From an uncultured Chloroflexia bacterium (lineage in GTDB: Bacteria; Chloroflexota; Anaerolineae; Anaerolineales; Anaerolineaceae), in NCBI GenBank assembly GCA_963704755.1, contig OY969938.1:4470001-4502000 (forward strand): 32,000 bases of DNA, given 5' to 3'. A program made the position numbers and the translations under genes. A model generated the notes under the pieces. That model saw only the letters and a list, made by a program, of their open reading frames with translations. It was not told the origin of the DNA and did no database searches. Shown here piece by piece: positions 17,088 through 25,438 of this stretch (positions are counted from its first letter, which is position 1; each line of letters opens with the position of its first letter).

Positions 17088-17963
17088 ATGACAGAAAAAG
17101 TTCCAGTAATGTTAAGTATTTTGGCCCATCCGGATGATGAGACATTTGGTATGGGCGGTACCCTGGCGTACTATGCCCGCCGTGGTGTGAAGGTTTATCT
17201 CATTTGCGCAACCCGCGGTGAAGTTGGCGACGTCGAGGAAAAATATATGGCGGGTTATAACAGCATCGCCGAACGGCGCGAATCCGAGCTGCGCTGCGCT
17301 GCCGGTTTGCTGGGGTTGAGCGGCGTAATCTTCCTCGGTTACCGAGATTCGGGGATGCCCGGGTCAGCGGATAATGACCATCCCAACGCCCTGGCTGCCC
17401 AGCCGGAGGATAAGCTTGCCAGGGAGGTTGCACATTACATCCGCAAGATCGAACCGGATGTGGTGATCACTTTCGACCCCATTGGCGGTTACCGTCATCC
17501 GGACCACATCGCCATTCATAAGGCCACCCGGGATGCGTTTCGCCTGGCCTATGACCCGACATTCGTGGACCCCGAGGGCCTGGAGCAGTTCCAGTCGGCT
17601 AAACTGTATTACCAAACTATTCCGCGCTGGCTGCTGCGGATGGCCGTGCGCTGGTACCGCCTGATCGGTAAAGACCCGCATAAATTTGGCCACAACCAGG
17701 ATATCGATCTGGCCTCGATCGCCGAAGTGGATTTCCCGATCAACGCGGTGGTCAATTACCGCCAGGTCGCCGACATCCGCGACAAGGCTGCCGCCTGCCA
17801 CGCCAGCCAGGGCGGCGGCATGATCGGCGGCGGGATTTTGGCACCCATCCGCCGGCTCTTTTCAGCACGGGAACTCTTCATCCGCGCCTACCCGGAAGCA
17901 AACGGTGTGGTCGAAAACGATTTGTTCGCCGGGCTTACCCAACTGCCCCCACTGGTCCGGTAA
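17088..17963 (+). CDS. PIG-L/LmbE family N-acetylglucosaminyl deacetylase (BshB/MshB-like)
   Basis: MTEKVPVMLSILAHPDDETFGMGG carries the AHPDDE motif, and a later HPDH (YRHPDHIAIH) is present. The ATG at 17088 is preceded by AGGAGAA. The ORF-track start at 16992 is a translation of the palindromic repeat. Confidence 0.85.
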   Translation: MTEKVPVMLSILAHPDDETFGMGGTLAYYARRGVKVYLICATRGEVGDVEEKYMAGYNSIAERRESELRCAAGLLGLSGVIFLGYRDSGMPGSADNDHPNALAAQPEDKLAREVAHYIRKIEPDVVITFDPIGGYRHPDHIAIHKATRDAFRLAYDPTFVDPEGLEQFQSAKLYYQTIPRWLLRMAVRWYRLIGKDPHKFGHNQDIDLASIAEVDFPINAVVNYRQVADIRDKAAACHASQGGGMIGGGILAPIRRLFSARELFIRAYPEANGVVENDLFAGLTQLPPLVR

Positions 17964-17984
17964 CATTTAGCAGGGGACTGGCGA

Positions 17985-18719
17985 ATGGCCACGAGAATTT
18001 GCCAATTGGCCTGGTTAGGCCGCCTGGATTATCAGGCTGCCTGGGATCTGCAACTAGCCCTGGCGGGCGAGATTGCGGCCGGCACGTGTGCGGACACGCT
18101 CTTGTTGTTGGAACATCCGCACACCTATACAATTGGCCGGCGGGGTGGCTGGGAACACGTGCTGTGGGATGAGGACGAGCGGAACCGGCGGGGTGTACGC
18201 ACCTTCGAGGTGGATCGCGGCGGAGACGTTACCTACCACGGCCCGGGCCAGTTGGTGGGCTATCCGCTGATGGCCCTGGCAGCGCCGGGCTGGCAAGGTG
18301 ACCGCCTACCCCAGGCAGACTACGTGGGTTACCTGCGCCGGCTGGAACGGGCCTTGATCCAGGCGCTTGCCCGTTTAGGTGTCCAGGCCGGCACCCGCGA
18401 AGGGCTGACCGGGGTATGGGTCGATCTGCCTTCGGGCGGTGAGCCGGCCAAGCTGGCCTCGATCGGGGTTAAAGTGGATGCACGCGGAATCAGCCGGCAC
18501 GGTTTTGCCCTGAACGTGTCCCCGGATATGGATTATTGGAATGGAATCGTGGCCTGCGGCCTGGATGGGGTCCGTATGATTGCCCTGAGCGAATTGCTTG
18601 AGCCTGTACCGGCCATGGATGTGGTGGCGCATTCGATTGGACAGGCATTTGGGCAGGTCTTCGAGCGCGAGATGGCGCCGGTCGCGATCGAAGAAATCAT
18701 GAGAGCGACGGGGAATTAA
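17985..18719 (+). CDS. lipB: Octanoyltransferase (lipoyl(octanoyl) transferase)
   Basis: LLLLEHPHTYTIGRRG, RGGDVTYHGPGQLVGYP and the catalytic-region KLASIGVKV are classic LipB blocks. Confidence 0.9.
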   Translation: MATRICQLAWLGRLDYQAAWDLQLALAGEIAAGTCADTLLLLEHPHTYTIGRRGGWEHVLWDEDERNRRGVRTFEVDRGGDVTYHGPGQLVGYPLMALAAPGWQGDRLPQADYVGYLRRLERALIQALARLGVQAGTREGLTGVWVDLPSGGEPAKLASIGVKVDARGISRHGFALNVSPDMDYWNGIVACGLDGVRMIALSELLEPVPAMDVVAHSIGQAFGQVFEREMAPVAIEEIMRATGN

Positions 18720-18772
18720 ATCGATGAAGCTTAAAACGGATTACGCTGGTATTTTTATGGCTGACGGGCATT

Positions 18773-19513
18773 TTGATCGCCCTGGCCATTATGGATGTGC
18801 TCTTCCTGCCGGGGACGATGGGTTTTCTGACACCCTTGACCACCCTGACGGCCTTCATCTTTGCGATCCTGCACGGTTTCCAGCGTTATGGCTGGAAGAA
18901 GATCCTTTTGCTGGTGGTCGTGGTTTTCGTGGTCAGCCTTGCCTTCGAGAGCCTGGGCGTGGCCACCGGTAAGGTCTACGGGCCGTATCATTACACCGAC
19001 AAACTGGGGCCGAAGTTTCTGGGTTTGGTGCCTTATTTAATCCCGCTGGCCTGGTTTATGATGATGTACAGTTCGCTGGTGATCGCCGGCCGGATCCTGC
19101 CGGAAAGCCGTGGAAAACGAATTGGGCGCGCGATTCTGGTGGCTGCGCTGGGCGGCCTGGTGATGACGGCCTGGGACCTGGCCATGGACCCGCTGATGGT
19201 CCTGGGTGGGCATTGGGTTTGGGAGGTCAACGGGGCCTATTTTGGTGTGCCACTGCAAAATTATTGGGGCTGGTGGCTGACCACTTTTGTGGCCATGGGT
19301 TTGTTCGGCTTCCTGGCCGGGAAAGGCCCCCGCACCGGCAGGGAAACGGCCCGGCGCGCTCCGGATAACTGGGCGGTGACCGCCTACCTGTTGATGGGAA
19401 TATCCAGCGTGGCCCTGGACTTTGTATTCAACCTGGACGGACCGGCGTTGGTCGGTATCTTTTGTATGCTGCCCTGGGTGCTGGTTGGTTATATGCGCGC
19501 ATCCCACAGCTAA
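18773..19513 (+). CDS. Carotenoid biosynthesis-family integral membrane protein (PF04240/DUF422-like)
   Basis: 246-aa polytopic protein with GKVYGPYHYTDKLGPKFLGLVPYLIPLAWFMMMY and WDLAMDPLMV..WVWE..YFGVPLQNYWGWW blocks. The start is uncertain. TTG 18773 is the first start codon in frame, but the in-frame upstream sequence is TM-like and an ATG with an SD lies at 18724 in the +1 frame (see findings). Confidence 0.65.
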   Translation: MIALAIMDVLFLPGTMGFLTPLTTLTAFIFAILHGFQRYGWKKILLLVVVVFVVSLAFESLGVATGKVYGPYHYTDKLGPKFLGLVPYLIPLAWFMMMYSSLVIAGRILPESRGKRIGRAILVAALGGLVMTAWDLAMDPLMVLGGHWVWEVNGAYFGVPLQNYWGWWLTTFVAMGLFGFLAGKGPRTGRETARRAPDNWAVTAYLLMGISSVALDFVFNLDGPALVGIFCMLPWVLVGYMRASHS

Positions 19514-19621
19514 CATTTTCGTAACTACTCAGCTATCCCTTAATTTCCGATCTGGCCCGAGGAAGAACCATTTTCCGTAATTACAGGGTTTGGATCCGGG
19601 CAATCCGAAAAAATTCCTGGA

Positions 19622-20248
19622 TTAAACGACCACTTCTTCGAAAACGAGCTGGATATTCAGCGCTTTTTCGAGCAGGCCGCATTTGCGCTGGGCGGCCTGC
19701 GCTTCGATCTGGGCCGGTAATTCGCTCATGTATTGAATTTTGACTACCGGCGGATCAAGGATCACACGGATATCTTCGACAGCGCTTAAATGGCGCTGGT
19801 CCAGGCCGTCCGCGACCCGTAAAATTCCGGCCAGGACAGAAACGGTGTGGCGCTCGTACACATCCAGGGCGCGGTAATGATCATGCTTGAGGCTGGGGTA
19901 GGCTTTGCGGTGATACCGGGCAATCGAGCCGATCAACAGCCTTTCGTGACTGTCCAACGGCAGCATGGGGGTATTCAAGATGATTTGCAGGCTGGCCTTA
20001 TGGTGGCCCTTGGCTCCCTCAATCCAGCCGGTATCGTGGAGCAGGCTGGCCATGTGCAGCCAGTATTTCTCGATCGGGCTGCATTCGTGCAGCGGCGCCA
20101 GCTCGTCGTAAAGCTTCAACGCCAGGCGGGTCACCTGGTCGATATGGGCGAAATCCGTGTGGCAGGTCTCGTCCAGGCGGCGGGCAGCCTGAATGCCCTG
20201 GCGCTGGTCGTTGGTCAAATAATCGTTACGCACACGCTCAGTCGTCAT
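19622..20248 (-). CDS. Stand-alone HD-domain protein resembling the C-terminal HD domain of Ppx/GppA exopolyphosphatases
   Basis: HIDQVTRLALKLYDEL..WLHMASLLHDTGW..GHHKASLQIILN..ERLLIGSIARYHRKAYP..VLAGILRVADGLD follows the Ppx/GppA domain III pattern. No ASKHA (actin-like) N-terminal domains are present. The start overlaps the upstream stop by 11 nt. Confidence 0.7.
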   Translation of the reverse strand: MTTERVRNDYLTNDQRQGIQAARRLDETCHTDFAHIDQVTRLALKLYDELAPLHECSPIEKYWLHMASLLHDTGWIEGAKGHHKASLQIILNTPMLPLDSHERLLIGSIARYHRKAYPSLKHDHYRALDVYERHTVSVLAGILRVADGLDQRHLSAVEDIRVILDPPVVKIQYMSELPAQIEAQAAQRKCGLLEKALNIQLVFEEVVV

Positions 20249-20978
20249 CGGCCTTGACCTTATCGAAATTGTGCCCAGAGAGGATCATGCGGGCAAATTC
20301 ATCCGGTAAATGCTGTTGGGTAATGGCATCGGCGGCGTGCTGGACATCGTATGTCACCCGGAAGTGACATACACCCAACGACCCGGGTTCGAGCAGCAGA
20401 AAGGCGTAACAGGCGCGCGGGTCGCCGTCATCCGGGCGGCCGACACTGCCGGTGTTGATAAACCAGGTCCCACCGGCTTTACGGGCGAACGCCTGGTGCG
20501 AGTGCCCGAAGATCGCGACTTGAACCGGCCTTTCCCGGGCGATTTCCTGCAGACGGCTTTCCGGCGTGGTTGGGCAGAGGTGCTCGTTGGCAGAGACCGG
20601 GCTGGCGTGGGTCAACAGGACCTGCCAACCCTCCACAGCCAGAATGCGTTCTTCCGGTAAATCGGCCAGGTAATCCAGGTTTGGGCCCGAAAGGTGCTCG
20701 TAGGCCCAGCCAAAGGCCAGGATCTTTTCGCCGGCTTTTTTGCCTTCCCACTTTTTGTGTTTGCGCGGGTAATCCAGCACTTTGCGGTCGTAATTGCCGC
20801 GAATGCTGAGAATATTCAGCTCACGGACGCGTGAAACGACCTGGTCGGGGAATGCGCCATAGCCGACAAAATCACCAATATTCCAGATTTGGTCCACATG
20901 CTGGGCTTGAGCGTGTGCCAGTACCGCCTCTAATGCCGGCAGATTGGCATGGATATCGCCAATCAGCGCGACTCTCAT
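20238..20978 (-). CDS. Calcineurin-like metallophosphoesterase (YfcE/MJ0936-type)
   Basis: MRVALIGDIHAN (DxH), GDFVGYG (GD), RGNYDR (GNxD), LTHASP and FGHSH (GHxH). The ATG at 20978 overlaps the CHAD stop (ATGA). The ORF-track extension to 21101 overlaps the CHAD gene. Confidence 0.85.
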   Translation of the reverse strand: MRVALIGDIHANLPALEAVLAHAQAQHVDQIWNIGDFVGYGAFPDQVVSRVRELNILSIRGNYDRKVLDYPRKHKKWEGKKAGEKILAFGWAYEHLSGPNLDYLADLPEERILAVEGWQVLLTHASPVSANEHLCPTTPESRLQEIARERPVQVAIFGHSHQAFARKAGGTWFINTGSVGRPDDGDPRACYAFLLLEPGSLGVCHFRVTYDVQHAADAITQQHLPDEFARMILSGHNFDKVKADDD

Positions 20979-21997
20979 TCCGGTAAGACCTCCGGACCAT
21001 CCGGGGCGGGGGGTTCGGGTTGTTCGGCCAACATGATGGATTCGGCCAAAGAAACATCCAGGGTGGTTTGCAGTTTTTCCCACTCCTGATTGGCTCTCCA
21101 TTTATCCCAGGTTGTCATGAATTGGTCGTACAACCGGGCACGGTCATCTTTGCGGGCGTTTAAAAAATACTCCAGGCCGGGTTGCAGCGCGGCGAAAGGC
21201 CGCGCGCTGCCATAGTAAATAATCGTGCGCTGGCGTTCTTTTAAAATAAACCTGGGCAGCCAGTCGATCCATACATCGTTGTCGTGGATACTTCCCAGCA
21301 AGTCCTGGCAAGTCCGCAGCATCTTTAATGGGCTTTTCAACTCGTCCGGGTAGATGCCAGTAAAGAACTCCATCGTATAGCGCAAGTGTTTGGCGGCAAT
21401 CCGCATAGCGTGCAGTTCGGCGATGTTATTGGGGTCCTGGACGGCTTCCTCGTAGCTGAAGAAATCGGTCAAGTTGGCCTGGATGTTATCGTAAGCGATT
21501 TGCTGCAAGCCGGGATTTTGCGGATTGATGTAGTTTTTGTAAAAATCCAGGGGAGCCAATTTTTGGACCATATCGTTAGCGGTATGGCTGCGTTCGAATT
21601 TTTTCAGGGCGCCGAGGACATTGGCCTGGTAGCGGACCCGGCGCTGGCGCAGGCGCAGCAGCAGCCGGTGCACCCCAGAGCGCTGCGGGGATTGCAATGA
21701 CTTGAGCGTTACGTTCACCAGGGCGATTTGTACGTCGGTATCGCGCGCTTTCCCCAGGGCGCCGGTCAGGCTGCGGACGTTCTTTAGCCAGCCTGGGGAT
21801 CGTTTCGAGTACAAAAGCGGGCCAAACAGGTCAATGCCGCTGCGTAAGCGGCGGGTGGCCACCCGCATGCGGTGAACATATTCGATGTCCCGCGAAGTGC
21901 GCACTCCTTCCACTTCCTGCATGATCGCGTTCAAGTTATGCAGCAGAAGCGCGGCGCCGAAGATTTTAATAGTGGGATTGTCGGGCGTTCTGGGCAT
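20975..21997 (-). CDS. CHAD domain protein (conserved histidine alpha-helical domain)
   Basis: The 340-aa all-helical protein has the repeated signature VHRMRVATRRLRS and LHAMRIAAKHLRYTMEFF. AAGGGA lies 9 nt upstream of the ATG at 21997. Confidence 0.8.
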   Translation of the reverse strand: MPRTPDNPTIKIFGAALLLHNLNAIMQEVEGVRTSRDIEYVHRMRVATRRLRSGIDLFGPLLYSKRSPGWLKNVRSLTGALGKARDTDVQIALVNVTLKSLQSPQRSGVHRLLLRLRQRRVRYQANVLGALKKFERSHTANDMVQKLAPLDFYKNYINPQNPGLQQIAYDNIQANLTDFFSYEEAVQDPNNIAELHAMRIAAKHLRYTMEFFTGIYPDELKSPLKMLRTCQDLLGSIHDNDVWIDWLPRFILKERQRTIIYYGSARPFAALQPGLEYFLNARKDDRARLYDQFMTTWDKWRANQEWEKLQTTLDVSLAESIMLAEQPEPPAPDGPEVLPE

Positions 21998-22062
21998 GGC
22001 TATTTTTCCCTTTCGTCCGCTGGTCAGATTATTTCCTGTAGTTCAGCAGCCTGAAGTAAAGC

Positions 22063-22752
22063 TCAGGGCGTAATCAATTTTTTGGTGATGTTTTCGCACA
22101 AGTCTTTGAATACAATATTGGCCGGGCGGGTGGCGTCGATGGTGATGAAGCTGTATTCTTCGGCCATCTGCTCGAACTGGTCGATCAGTTGGGATTGATA
22201 GACCATAAAACTGTCGTAGAGATTATCTGCGCAGCGGATATCCATGCCCGATTCCCAATAATCGAAGCCGCGCCCCTGGACCATCCGTGAGACCAATGTG
22301 TGAACATCGGCGCGCAGGTAAAAGACCAGGTCGGGTTTCAGGGCAAAACCGTAAATCTTGCGTGCCCATTCTGGATCGGCTCCACGGACGACGTCCCGGG
22401 CGATGATCGAGAAGAAATAGCGATCGGAAAGGACGTAGAAGCCGGCTTTAAGGGCCGGGATAATCAGGTTCTCTAACCGGTCGGCAAAGTCGGTGGCGTA
22501 GAACAGGTTCATGGTCGTCCGGCTGAGCGTATGGCCCTGCTTGGCGGCATCCAGGCCGCTTTGGGCCAGCGAGGAGCGCCGCAGCCCGGTGTCCGAAACG
22601 GCCATACCCTGGGTCTCCAGCCATTCGCGCAGCATCGCGATCTGGGTCGAACGGCCAACGCCATCCGATCCTTCCAGTACGATCAATTTACCGGGCATAC
22701 TTTTAATGTGGCTGTAGGGAAATCCATTCCCATAAAATCGGCTGGTGGTCAT
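22063..22752 (-). CDS. Thymidylate kinase-fold P-loop protein 2, divergent, with Walker A Lys replaced by Arg
   Basis: GKLIVLEGSDGVGRSTQ (P-loop GxxGxGRS), FYATDFADR, and VLSDRYFFS (DRY motif). The protein lacks the TREPGG nucleotide-binding stretch of canonical Tmk. Its start overlaps the upstream stop (ATGA at 22749-22752). Confidence 0.7.
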   Translation of the reverse strand: MTTSRFYGNGFPYSHIKSMPGKLIVLEGSDGVGRSTQIAMLREWLETQGMAVSDTGLRRSSLAQSGLDAAKQGHTLSRTTMNLFYATDFADRLENLIIPALKAGFYVLSDRYFFSIIARDVVRGADPEWARKIYGFALKPDLVFYLRADVHTLVSRMVQGRGFDYWESGMDIRCADNLYDSFMVYQSQLIDQFEQMAEEYSFITIDATRPANIVFKDLCENITKKLITP

Positions 22753-23522
22753 GAGGCTACCTCGTCGGGCTGGCGATCGGTTTTTTCTTGGGATTGGACG
22801 GCCGGTTGGTTGCGGTTGCGCCTTGAGCGGGCCTGGATCGCGCGTGCCATTGGGTTGGGCAAGCCTCTCCAGCCGCGGATGAGCGTTTTCACCCGCTGGC
22901 GAATGAAACTCTGTTGAACCTGGACCGGTAAAGTTCCGTCCACCACGGTCATATCGAACTCGGGCGTCATCGCGTCGTATTCATTGACGATCCGCTGCTG
23001 GAAAAGGCGGAAGCTGGTCACCTTGTTTTCAGACAAGCCCAAATCCAGCCCGGCTTCGTAGAATTTCAGCTTGGCACGTCCGGAAAGAATGCGATCGACG
23101 GCAATATTGACCGGCACCTGGAAGTAAAAGACCAGGTCGGGTTGAGGGGCGAATGAATACAGGTTACGCACCCAATCGGGGTGTACCCCGCGGGCAACGT
23201 CGCGGGCGAAAGCCGTAAATGCATAACGGTCGGCCAGGACGATTACCCCCGCTTTGAGCATAGGCAGCATTTGATTTTCCCAGCGGTCGGCAAAGTCAGT
23301 GGCCTGCAGGAGGCTGAAAGTAGTGGGGGTGAAGGCTTTTTGCTTTTTTGCGGCCCGGGTTGTGCTTTTGACCAACTGGGATGAATTCCACTCGCTAAAG
23401 AACACAGTTTTCCCTTGAGATTTGAGCCATTTGTAGAGGAGATCGATCTGGGTTGATTTACCCGAGCCATCGATTCCTTCAACGACAATTAATTTTCCTT
23501 TAAAATTATGCGTCCGTAACAT
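22749..23522 (-). CDS. Thymidylate kinase-fold P-loop protein 1, divergent, with a basic C-terminal tail
   Basis: GKLIVVEGIDGSGKSTQ (canonical Walker A), LQATDFADR and VLADRYAFT (DRY). SEWNSS stands in place of TREPGG. About 60 C-terminal residues are rich in R/Q (ARSRRNRNQPAVQSQ). The ATG at 23522 has GAAAGG upstream, and the TTG at 23531 is the ORF-track alternative. Confidence 0.7.
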   Translation of the reverse strand: MLRTHNFKGKLIVVEGIDGSGKSTQIDLLYKWLKSQGKTVFFSEWNSSQLVKSTTRAAKKQKAFTPTTFSLLQATDFADRWENQMLPMLKAGVIVLADRYAFTAFARDVARGVHPDWVRNLYSFAPQPDLVFYFQVPVNIAVDRILSGRAKLKFYEAGLDLGLSENKVTSFRLFQQRIVNEYDAMTPEFDMTVVDGTLPVQVQQSFIRQRVKTLIRGWRGLPNPMARAIQARSRRNRNQPAVQSQEKTDRQPDEVAS

Positions 23523-23697
23523 GGCCTGCAATTACCTTTCAACGGGTCTGGCGAAAGGAGAAAATGATTCCCATCCATGGTACCGCCCAGCCTGACTGGG
23601 AAGAAACCCGAATTATAAGTGGTTGCGGGCACACAGCCCTCGCAAACACCTGAAATTTGGATATTTTAAAATGAGCCTGAGTAGTTGCCCTATAATT

Positions 23698-23706
23698 ATT
23701 ATAGCA
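23698..23706 (-). promoter_or_regulatory. Candidate extended -10 promoter element (TGcTATAAT) upstream of the Tmk-like/CHAD module
   Basis: The minus strand reads TGC TATAAT at 23706-23698 in an AT-rich palindrome (CTATAAT-T-ATTATAG). A weak -35-like TCAAAT lies 17 nt upstream. This would give a leader of about 170 nt before the ATG at 23522. There is no experimental support. Confidence 0.3.
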
Positions 23707-23754
23707 TTATGAGGCAAAAAATTTGACGCCGTTGAGGGGCATAAATGATTATAT

Positions 23755-23803
23755 AAATATGAGGTATTTGCGGGTCCGTTATATCCGCAAATACCTCATA
23801 TTT
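23755..23803 (-). terminator. Stem-loop downstream of phoU (probable terminator)
   Basis: AAATATGAGGTATTTGCGG-gtccgttatat-CCGCAAATACCTCATATTT gives a 19-bp stem. It begins 17 nt after the phoU stop, and the minus strand continues with the AT-rich ATTTATATAATCATTTAT. Confidence 0.55.
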
Positions 23804-23819
23804 GCAGGCCAAACAAAGC

Positions 23820-24500
23820 CTAGAGATCCATGTCTTCTTCGTCCATCCCATCGACTTCGTACAACTCACCGGTGGCGATGAAAATGGTCCGCTCGCAAAT
23901 ATTGGTGACCCGATCGGCCATTCGCTCGATGTTGTGGATGACCCACATCATATAATTGGTCTGGTCGATGCTGGCAGGGTTGGCGATCATTTCATCCACG
24001 ATCTTGTGGTAAGCAAGGTTGAACAAATCGTCCACTTCCTGATCTTCTTTGGGGATGGCCAGCGCCTGGTTGACATTTTCTTCAATAAAGGCGGTCAATG
24101 CCCGATGAAGCATGCTGACGGATTTTTCCGCCATGGAGGAAATTTCAGCGGCAGGAAAAAAGGGTTCTGCGTCCCCCATCAGCAGCACCACTTTGGCAAT
24201 TCCTTTGGCATAGTCCCCCATCCGCTCCAGCTCCGAATTGACTTCCAGCATGGCGGCCAGGTTGCGCAGATCACGTGCCATGGGTTGTTGGGTAGCCATA
24301 AGGATGATGATCGCATTCTCGATCGCGAAACGCTTATCGTTGATCACCTGGTCCTGTTCGAAGATCTCTCTGGCCTCTTTGCGATCGCGTTTCTTGAGGG
24401 TGTCCACGGCCGAAAGCATGGCCTGCTCCACCATACTGCCCAAGATGAGGATTTCATCCTGGATTTGGCCCATCTGGCGATTTAGAGTTTCCCGTGGCAT
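23820..24500 (-). CDS. phoU: Phosphate signaling complex protein PhoU
   Basis: MPRETLNRQMGQIQDEILILGSMVEQAM..DQVINDKRFAIE..ARDLRNLAAMLEVNSELERMGDYAKGIAK..IHNIERMADRVTNICE shows the two PhoU repeats with the E(R)xGD motifs. The ATG at 24500 has GAGAGG upstream. Confidence 0.92.
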   Translation of the reverse strand: MPRETLNRQMGQIQDEILILGSMVEQAMLSAVDTLKKRDRKEAREIFEQDQVINDKRFAIENAIIILMATQQPMARDLRNLAAMLEVNSELERMGDYAKGIAKVVLLMGDAEPFFPAAEISSMAEKSVSMLHRALTAFIEENVNQALAIPKEDQEVDDLFNLAYHKIVDEMIANPASIDQTNYMMWVIHNIERMADRVTNICERTIFIATGELYEVDGMDEEDMDL

Positions 24501-24528
24501 GATAACCTCTCTATAGTTGACTGGCGAA

Positions 24529-25404
24529 TTAACCGAATCGACCTGTAACATAGTCTTCCGTCCTTTGATCCTTCGGCCTGGTAAAGATCTTCTGGGTGTC
24601 ATCGAATTCGATCACTTCACCGGCCCGTTGGTCATTAATCATCATCATAGCCGTGAAATCGGAGACACGCGCGGCTTGCTGCATGTTGTGAGTCACGATC
24701 ATGATGGTGTAATTGTGCTTCAACTCTTGCATCAGTTCCTCGATACGCAGTGTGGCGATCGGGTCGAGTGCAGAAGCGGGTTCGTCCATCAGGATGACCT
24801 CGGGTTGGACGGCCAGGGCGCGGGCAATGCACAGTCGCTGCTGCTGGCCACCTGACAGAGCCAGGGCCGATTGGCGTAGTTTATCTTTAACCTCATCCCA
24901 CAAGGCGGCCTGCTTCAGGCTTACCTCGACGACCGAATCCAGGTCGGATTTCTTGCGGATACCATACAAGCGCGGTCCATAGACGATGTTGTCGTAAATG
25001 GTCTTGGGAAATGGGTTGGGTCGTTGAAAGACCATCCCGACCCGGCGGCGGACATCCACGATATCGACAGTGGGTAAATTGATGTTGTCGTTATCCAGGA
25101 GAATTTCGCCTTCAACCACTGTATTGGCAACCAGGTCATTCATACGATTGAAACAGCGCAGCATGGTCGATTTTCCACACCCCGACGGGCCAATTACGGC
25201 CGTAATTCGGTTGGAGGGGATGGAAATATTGACCTGATTGATGGCCCGAAACTTACCGTAAAAGACCGAAAGGCTTTTTGCTTCGACTTTTATCTCCAGC
25301 CCATCGGTAGGGGCCAGGTCGCTTTCGCCGCGTGGACTTGCTCCAAGGCCGGTCAGGTGAGGAAGAACTTGGGGAGCAGGGTTTTGGTGAGATGGTGAAA
25401 CCAT
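24529..25404 (-). CDS. pstB: Phosphate ABC transporter ATP-binding protein PstB (with about 45-aa N-terminal extension)
   Basis: Walker [10 protein letters not shown], the PstB-typical [12 protein letters not shown], signature [14 protein letters not shown] and Walker [19 protein letters not shown] lies upstream of the ATG at 25404. Confidence 0.93.
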   Translation of the reverse strand: MVSPSHQNPAPQVLPHLTGLGASPRGESDLAPTDGLEIKVEAKSLSVFYGKFRAINQVNISIPSNRITAVIGPSGCGKSTMLRCFNRMNDLVANTVVEGEILLDNDNINLPTVDIVDVRRRVGMVFQRPNPFPKTIYDNIVYGPRLYGIRKKSDLDSVVEVSLKQAALWDEVKDKLRQSALALSGGQQQRLCIARALAVQPEVILMDEPASALDPIATLRIEELMQELKHNYTIMIVTHNMQQAARVSDFTAMMMINDQRAGEVIEFDDTQKIFTRPKDQRTEDYVTGRFG

Positions 25405-25438
25405 TTGGAATTCCTTAGAACAGTGATTATATCAGGTA

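Noticed and set aside
19504-19590. Imperfect direct repeat CATTTTCGTAACTAC / CATTTTCCGTAATTAC in the convergent spacer between the carotenoid-family gene and the HD gene
   Set aside because: The repeat is only about 15 nt with an indel. It sits in a region where no promoter is expected because both genes end here. It is compatible with chance.
23802-24485. 227-aa ORF on the plus strand
   Set aside because: It is antisense to phoU, which has the classical two-repeat PhoU sequence.
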